IMG/VR virus record: IMGVR_UViG_3300021964_000177
Coordinates: 1-39,312 of that record
Reading direction: 5' to 3' (one strand)
Length of the DNA: 39,312 bases
From: a virus
Taxonomy: Duplodnaviria > Caudoviricetes
Shown: one piece after another, positions 33,564-39,312 of the stretch
Numbering within the stretch: position 1 is the stretch's first letter
Layout of the letters: the number at the start of each line of letters is the position of its first letter
Translations under genes and position numbers: made by a program
The notes under the pieces: model-generated
Databases searched by the model: none
Seen by the model: only the letters and a program-made list of their open reading frames with translations
Told to the model about the DNA's origin: nothing

Positions 33564-34699
33564 AAATTGTTGTCTTAGGCGGTGATGGCTTTTGTGGTTG
33601 GCCTACATCATTAAAGCTAGCGAAAGAAGGCCATGAAATTATCATTGTCGACAATATGTCAAGACGTGCAATTGATAGTGAATTAAAAAGTAACTCGCTC
33701 ACTGACATATATCCGATTGGTGATAGATTGGATACAGCAAGACGTAAAGGATACGATATTCGTTTTTGGAATATCGATATTACTAATTATGGTTATCTTG
33801 CGAAGATGGTAAACGAGTTACAGCCAGATGCTATTGTTCACTTTGCTGAACAAAGAGCAGCGCCTTACTCAATGATTAGTCAACATGAACGAAGATATAC
33901 TGTCGACAACAATGTGGTTGGTACGCATAATGTTCTCAATGCGATTATTGATCATAGCCCTGATACACACTTAGTTCACTTAGGAACAATGGGTGTGTAT
34001 GGATATTCAAAAGACTTTGGTGCAATCCCCGAAGGCTATCTTAATATCAAAGTTAATTCTACGAAGAAAGATACTGATATTCTTTACCCTACAAATCCGG
34101 GTAGTGTTTATCATATGACAAAATCTCTTGATCAATTGCTGTTTCAATTCTATAATAAGAATTGGGGAGTAAAGATTACAGATCTTCATCAAGGAATCGT
34201 CTGGGGTACACAGACAGAAGAAACAATGCAAGATGAAAAACTTGTCAACCGTTTTGATTATGATGGTGTTTATGGTACGGTGTTGAATCGATTTATTTCA
34301 CAAGCTGCCACTGGAAATGATTTAACTGTTTATGGAACTGGTGGACAAAAGAGAGCATTTATTCATATTCAGGATACTGCCGAGTGCGTAAGACTTGCAA
34401 TTGAAAATCCTGCAGCTGGTGATAAAGTACGCATATTTAATCAAGTTTCAGAAGTAAGATCCGTAAAAGAATTGGCTGAAATGATTTCGAAATCTTATGG
34501 TAGTAAAATACAATATCACGAAAATCCACGGAAAGAACTAGCAGAAAACGATCTTGAAGTTGATAACACCGGTTTGCGTAGTCTAGGTTTCGAGCCAGTT
34601 ACTTTATCGCAAAGTTTAATTGATGATGTACGGTTTATTGCTAAATGGTATGAACATAATATGAATTCTGATAATATTTTAACATCACCGAAGTGGTAA
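33560..34699 (+). CDS. sqdB: UDP-sulfoquinovose synthase (NAD-dependent SDR)
   Basis: GGDGFCGWPT, HFAEQRAAPYSM, HLGTMGVYG, PGSVYHMTK, DLHQGIVWG, NRFDYDG.YGTVLNRF are all SqdB/SQD1 signatures. Confidence 0.92.
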   Translation: MKIVVLGGDGFCGWPTSLKLAKEGHEIIIVDNMSRRAIDSELKSNSLTDIYPIGDRLDTARRKGYDIRFWNIDITNYGYLAKMVNELQPDAIVHFAEQRAAPYSMISQHERRYTVDNNVVGTHNVLNAIIDHSPDTHLVHLGTMGVYGYSKDFGAIPEGYLNIKVNSTKKDTDILYPTNPGSVYHMTKSLDQLLFQFYNKNWGVKITDLHQGIVWGTQTEETMQDEKLVNRFDYDGVYGTVLNRFISQAATGNDLTVYGTGGQKRAFIHIQDTAECVRLAIENPAAGDKVRIFNQVSEVRSVKELAEMISKSYGSKIQYHENPRKELAENDLEVDNTGLRSLGFEPVTLSQSLIDDVRFIAKWYEHNMNSDNILTSPKW

Positions 34700-34705
34700 A
34701 CCAAA

Positions 34706-35347
34706 ATGCTTACACCTCGACAAAATTATGAAAAAGATTATCCCTTAGGAGCGAAAACTAAAATAGTTAAAAAAGATCTCGATACTGCAGTTCAATTCTG
34801 CACTCATCACAGAGTTTGTTTAGATATTGGAGCTCATATCGGCGTGTTTGCGATCGAAGCTTCTTCTAGATATGAAATGGTGCATTCATTTGAGCCCATT
34901 CCAAATATGTACAAAATGCTTGAGAAAAACACAAAGGATATTGAAAACGTTAAAGCTTACAACTATGTTGTTTCTGATAACAATGAACTCGTTCCAATGT
35001 TAGAAAATCCAAGAAATACAGAATCAAGTTTTGCATGGACTGGAGATACAAGAAATTTACACCACCGAAAAAACTGGATTAATAAAAAAGGGATAGATAT
35101 AGTAGAAATGCCCGCTACTTCTATCGATTCTTTTGCATTCGAAAATGTAGATTTTATTAAGATAGATACTGAAGGATATGTTTTGCCAGTTTTACAGGGT
35201 ATGGTAGAAACTTTAAAAAACAACAGCGCTCTTTTGCTAATTGAAATCTTTGAAGATAAAGATACGATAGTAGAATTCTTAGAAGATCATAGTTATGTCT
35301 ATCATCATTTCGCTGGCGGAAATGATCATTATTTTACAAAGAGGTGA
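34706..35347 (+). CDS. FkbM-family methyltransferase
   Basis: LDIGAHIG, HSFEP, DFIKIDTEG. Confidence 0.88.
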   Translation: MLTPRQNYEKDYPLGAKTKIVKKDLDTAVQFCTHHRVCLDIGAHIGVFAIEASSRYEMVHSFEPIPNMYKMLEKNTKDIENVKAYNYVVSDNNELVPMLENPRNTESSFAWTGDTRNLHHRKNWINKKGIDIVEMPATSIDSFAFENVDFIKIDTEGYVLPVLQGMVETLKNNSALLLIEIFEDKDTIVEFLEDHSYVYHHFAGGNDHYFTKR

Positions 35348-35350
35348 AAA

Positions 35351-35542
35351 ATGTTTGATGAATTTGAAAAAAATATTATTAAAGAAGCATTGAGAAAAGA
35401 AATTTTATCACTTGTCGCTGATCAAAAGCACGCAGCAATCAAAGCTGGTCCCGGAAAAGATAAATCAATTCATGAATTAATTGCTGATCTACACAATCAA
35501 ATTAGTATTCGTATCGATATTATTAGGAAGATAGAAGAATGA
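35351..35542 (+). CDS. Hypothetical protein
   Basis: GAGGTG SD, 63 aa. Confidence 0.65.
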   Translation: MFDEFEKNIIKEALRKEILSLVADQKHAAIKAGPGKDKSIHELIADLHNQISIRIDIIRKIEE

Positions 35543-36345
35543 AGACACTTATATATCAATGCTGGGACGGTGAAGAAAGACAAGGTAATCTTGCCGGTGT
35601 TAAATTAATGAAAGATTATGCTGATAAGATTGGTGCAGATCATATCTATGAGCACAATCCTAAATTCCGGACTGATCTTGGTTCTTATTCTGCAAACTAT
35701 GGAAAGTTCAAACCAGTATATGAACATGGTGATTATGACTATGTAATGTATGCAGACTGCGATGTTGTTCCACGTGACGATTGTGAAGAAAACATCTTTG
35801 AATTTTTTGGAGACGAGATGGTAGAGATTGGAATCTGTGAAGAACCAAATGCTCCCCTTGCTCGAAAGAAATATACAATTGGTGGTGGAATTAATAATGC
35901 GAATGATGAGAAGTGGGTTGAGCTTATTGAGAAAAAATGGCCAGTCAAGATGCCTCGTACTTCTTCTGGTTTACCGAAGGTATATAATTCAGGCATGATT
36001 CTTTGGTCAAAGACGGGTATGGAAAAAGCAAGAGAAAAGTTTTTCGATTTTGCTAAATACGTAAAACTAATGAATGCATTTAATATGCCTTCGTTCTATA
36101 CATGTGATCAGCCTTATATTCATGCTATGTTAGAAGTATGTGGTTTTGAGTGGAGACAAATGGCGTATAAATGGAATAGTTCAGTACACTATGATCCGGG
36201 TAATAAGCAACAACCTCGTCCAGTCATTGATTTGCGTAAAGAAAACTGTAACTTGGTACACATACAACTGAATGGCGCCGACAATTTTGATGCTGATAAA
36301 ATCCATAGAATTGTAAATCTCCCAGTCAAAGAGTGGAATCTTTAA
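35539..36345 (+). CDS. GT-A fold glycosyltransferase
   Basis: YADCD (DxD), YNSGMI, DQPYI, KWN, VH. Confidence 0.8.
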   Translation: MKTLIYQCWDGEERQGNLAGVKLMKDYADKIGADHIYEHNPKFRTDLGSYSANYGKFKPVYEHGDYDYVMYADCDVVPRDDCEENIFEFFGDEMVEIGICEEPNAPLARKKYTIGGGINNANDEKWVELIEKKWPVKMPRTSSGLPKVYNSGMILWSKTGMEKAREKFFDFAKYVKLMNAFNMPSFYTCDQPYIHAMLEVCGFEWRQMAYKWNSSVHYDPGNKQQPRPVIDLRKENCNLVHIQLNGADNFDADKIHRIVNLPVKEWNL

Positions 36346-36968
36346 TGAGAAAAGTATATGTTAGTTTGGGTTCAAATAAAGGCTCAGAGTTTTTAGCTTT
36401 ACAAAAGTCAAAAATTTATTCTGATGATTTTGTTATATATGCTTTTGAACCAGAGCCAAAATGTTTTGAACACTTAGAAAAAGTAAAAGAACAGGTTCCA
36501 AACATTACACATATTAAAAAATGTGCATCAACCCACAATGGAGTTGTTTCATTTAACACAGGTAAATTTACTTCTGGTGGTACTATGAGAGAAGATAAAA
36601 GAGCTGGCTTGACTGGAAAAGCACAACTTTTAGAAGCGGTTGATATATGCGAATGGTTGAATAATAATATTACCGAAGATGATTATGTTATTATGACAAT
36701 GGATATTGAAGGTTCAGAATATGATGTTCTTCCGCATATTCTGAATGACAAATGCTCGAATCTTATTAATAAAATGTATGTAGAGTTTCACGGTAAAAAA
36801 ATGAAAAATGAAACTCATCTTGTTGAGCAAAGTTTAAAAGAAACCATGCGTAAAAAGTGGGGCGATAACTTTTTTGATAGATATGTGGAAGGCAACCTTG
36901 AACTTTTTGGAAGAACTTACAGAGATTTAGATCCAAACATGTTTAATAATATCGGTGAACTCGATTAA
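36345..36968 (+). CDS. FkbM-family methyltransferase
   Basis: SLGSNKG, YAFEP, MDIEGSEY, VEFH. Confidence 0.8.
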   Translation: MRKVYVSLGSNKGSEFLALQKSKIYSDDFVIYAFEPEPKCFEHLEKVKEQVPNITHIKKCASTHNGVVSFNTGKFTSGGTMREDKRAGLTGKAQLLEAVDICEWLNNNITEDDYVIMTMDIEGSEYDVLPHILNDKCSNLINKMYVEFHGKKMKNETHLVEQSLKETMRKKWGDNFFDRYVEGNLELFGRTYRDLDPNMFNNIGELD

Positions 36969-37660
36969 TGAAAAATTTAATTTTACAACATTGGAATAAC
37001 AAAATGCCCGAATGGGCTCGTCTTGCAACTGAAACTATAAAATTATACGCAAGAGAAATTGGTGTAGAATATAAATTAATTTCTGGCTGGCCTATGGGTG
37101 AATTTCGTGGTGCAGTATCACAAAAGATAGCGATCGTACTTGAAGAATATGATGAATACGACGATGTTGTTATGCTTGATAGCGACATGGTATACAGTGG
37201 AATAGCAGATAACTGTTTTCAATACGAAGGTGTTGGTCGTTTACATTTTAAAGCGATGAAATCAAAACAAAACAGTAAACAAGGTAGATATTGGCCAAAC
37301 CTGTATAAACAGGATGAGCCTCTCTTCTTTGGTAATTTTGTTAAATTAACTAGAGAAGAGCGTATTACTTTACGTCAACATTTGCCTGATTATGATACAG
37401 TAATGAAAAATTTTAGTGATCCAAAATTATCACAGTATAAAACATCGATGCCACCGAACGACGAACAGACTCTTCATTATATGATACATACTAGTAGAGC
37501 TTTAAAAAATAAAGAACAGCTGCAAGTTCCACATGATCGATTCTGTGATCTACCAGAAGAAGCTCATCCACAAGCAACGATATTACACTTCTGTGGAACA
37601 TCGAGAAAAAGAAACATTGAATCTTATATTAAGAAAACACATGGGTTGAAAATACTATGA
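36968..37660 (+). CDS. GT-A fold glycosyltransferase
   Basis: MLDSD, DEQTLH, ILHF; N-terminus paralogous to the other GTs. Confidence 0.7.
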   Translation: MKNLILQHWNNKMPEWARLATETIKLYAREIGVEYKLISGWPMGEFRGAVSQKIAIVLEEYDEYDDVVMLDSDMVYSGIADNCFQYEGVGRLHFKAMKSKQNSKQGRYWPNLYKQDEPLFFGNFVKLTREERITLRQHLPDYDTVMKNFSDPKLSQYKTSMPPNDEQTLHYMIHTSRALKNKEQLQVPHDRFCDLPEEAHPQATILHFCGTSRKRNIESYIKKTHGLKIL

Positions 37661-38364
37661 AAAATATTATCCTACAACACTTTCATCCTTTTAGACCAAA
37701 AGTCATTGAAGAAATGAAAGAACGAGGAGGTAGGTTACCTTTTATTGTTGAAAAGAGTTCAAACAATATTCAGAGATACGCTGAAAGTCTTGGTGCTGAG
37801 TATAAACTACTTGATGGAGAACCATTTCAAGAAGGATTGCGTGGACAGTGTCAAAAGTGTTGTGCAATTAACGAAGAGTATGATGATTATGATATCGTAG
37901 TTGTTCTTGACACTGATAAGTTTGTTACTACTACATGCACCGAAAATGTATTTGAGGCAAAGGGTATTGCACCATTCGACAAAGTACACCGTGAAAGACA
38001 ACTACCGCATTTTATTCGAGAGTTTCCAAAACTTGGAGATGCAAATTATCCGATGTGGTCAGGCGCAATATATGTAATGCCTAGAGATTTTCGCCAACTA
38101 ATGCGTAAACAAATCAATCCCGCTATGCGTAAAGTCTTTGCACAGATTAGTCCGAAGCCTTATGTTGATGAAGGCATTTTTCATGTACTCTGCAGGAAAG
38201 CAGATTTTAAACTCGATAAATACTTAGACGAAAAGTGGGATTATAGCAGTTATTTACCAGAACCAGAAAAAGCAAATATGATTCATATTCGCCATAAACC
38301 TAAATCGCGAGAAGAAAACCTTGTTGATCTCATGGATGCTGGAATAATAGAAAAGGATTACTAA
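37657..38364 (+). CDS. GT-A fold glycosyltransferase
   Basis: VLDTD, SGAIY, DEGIFH, KWD, MIH. Confidence 0.7.
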   Translation: MKNIILQHFHPFRPKVIEEMKERGGRLPFIVEKSSNNIQRYAESLGAEYKLLDGEPFQEGLRGQCQKCCAINEEYDDYDIVVVLDTDKFVTTTCTENVFEAKGIAPFDKVHRERQLPHFIREFPKLGDANYPMWSGAIYVMPRDFRQLMRKQINPAMRKVFAQISPKPYVDEGIFHVLCRKADFKLDKYLDEKWDYSSYLPEPEKANMIHIRHKPKSREENLVDLMDAGIIEKDY

Positions 38365-39062
38365 TGGGTATGAAGGATATGGACAGAAAGCTTTCTGTCG
38401 TTGTTAAAGAACTTGAAAAACACGGACATAAGTTTAATGTTGTATATGACATTGGCGCAAATGACGGTAGGTTTATGAATGCGTGGAAACCAGTGTTCTC
38501 AAATTCTCAATGGATATGCATGGAAGCAAATCCTAAAAACCATAATAAATATCAACACAGAATGAATGAAAATGACATGTACTTTCATAATGTTCTTTCT
38601 GATGAAAATGATAAAACAGTTAGGTTTTACAGTTCAGACAATGGTGACACGACTGGCGATAGCTATTACAAAGAATTGACTCGTAATTACAATGGAGGCA
38701 AATACCAAGAGTTGACAACAAAGACTCTTAATACTGTAATAGAAGAAAGATCTTTGCCTCTTCCTGATTTTATTAAAATGGATACACAGGGCTCAGAACT
38801 TGATATTATCAAGGGTGGATCAAAAGCATTTGAACATGCAAAATTAGTAATGATCGAAACACCGACTATGCCATATAATGATGGTGCACCAAAATTTTCT
38901 GATTATATCGATTTGATGTATGAAAATGGATTTATTCCAACAGGAATCGAACACATTGCAATGAGAATCAATGTGGTTGGTCACATGGATGTTGTTTTTG
39001 TCAAGTCGGATATTAACAATGAAATACATGGCCACAGAGGAAGATACTTAGGTTTCCAATGA
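38364..39062 (+). CDS. FkbM-family methyltransferase
   Basis: YDIGANDG, MEANP, DFIKMDTQGSELDI. Confidence 0.88.
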   Translation: MGMKDMDRKLSVVVKELEKHGHKFNVVYDIGANDGRFMNAWKPVFSNSQWICMEANPKNHNKYQHRMNENDMYFHNVLSDENDKTVRFYSSDNGDTTGDSYYKELTRNYNGGKYQELTTKTLNTVIEERSLPLPDFIKMDTQGSELDIIKGGSKAFEHAKLVMIETPTMPYNDGAPKFSDYIDLMYENGFIPTGIEHIAMRINVVGHMDVVFVKSDINNEIHGHRGRYLGFQ

Positions 39063-39312
39063 TCCGCGGATACATAATTACATTGAAAGACAATGTGATG
39101 TCTCGTAGAGCAGCTGATAGATTATCAGACTCTATGCCAAGTAATGTGACAGCGACTGTATTTGATGCAATTGAACCCGACCAAGTTGATAGGCTTATGA
39201 AAAAATATAAGCTTAAGTGGACTTGGCCTTGGCAAGGACAAGAATTTGATTTTAAAACTGGCTTAATTAAAACTGCTTATCCAACTGCTGATCCTCAAAA
39301 ACGCATAGGTTG
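39059..39312 (+). CDS. Glycosyltransferase family 25-like (partial, runs off the window end)
   Basis: My translation MIRGYIITLKDNVMSRRAADRLSDSM...FDAI...KRIG(C), matching the GT25 N-terminal pattern; ATGA overlap. Confidence 0.65.
   Translation, partial: MIRGYIITLKDNVMSRRAADRLSDSMPSNVTATVFDAIEPDQVDRLMKKYKLKWTWPWQGQEFDFKTGLIKTAYPTADPQKRIG

Noticed and set aside
1-39312. Bacterial chromosome or integrated prophage at ssrA; alternative genetic code
   Set aside because: No integrase, att duplication or housekeeping synteny. T4-type promoters flank the tmRNA on both sides, and standard-code ORFs tile the window with normal stops.

Overview
AT-rich, gene-dense fragment of a large T4-like (Tevenvirinae/Kyanoviridae-like) phage genome, probably aquatic. 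The host is most likely an alphaproteobacterium: the phage carries a circularly permuted two-piece tmRNA with the alphaproteobacterial GGCGGUA T-loop and the tag ANDNFAPVAYAQAA. T4-type early promoters (GTTTAC-N-TATAAT, 17-bp spacer) and late promoters (TATAAATA) recur across the window. Modules, left to right: (1) a minus-strand, late-promoter operon of signal-peptide proteins, including pilin-like and chaperone-like genes but no usher in view (1-3616); (2) tmRNA; (3) an island of 2OG-Fe(II) oxygenases, a fatty-acid desaturase and a GNAT-like gene; (4) small early genes plus DUF932; (5) a late block of proteins with T4 capsid-targeting-like N-termini, including a PD-(D/E)xK-like nuclease, a ligase-like nucleotidyltransferase and a HIGH nucleotidyltransferase; (6) an overlapping spanin pair, a class-3 lipase and a thermonuclease; (7) nrdA with an internal glutaredoxin domain, nrdB, a GIY-YIG nuclease, a pyrimidine-dimer glycosylase-like gene, phoH, an exonuclease and a HAD nucleotidase; (8) a glycosylation island with sqdB, four paralogous GT-A glycosyltransferases, three FkbM methyltransferases and a partial GT25. 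All family assignments come from motif recognition by eye; no database searches were run.
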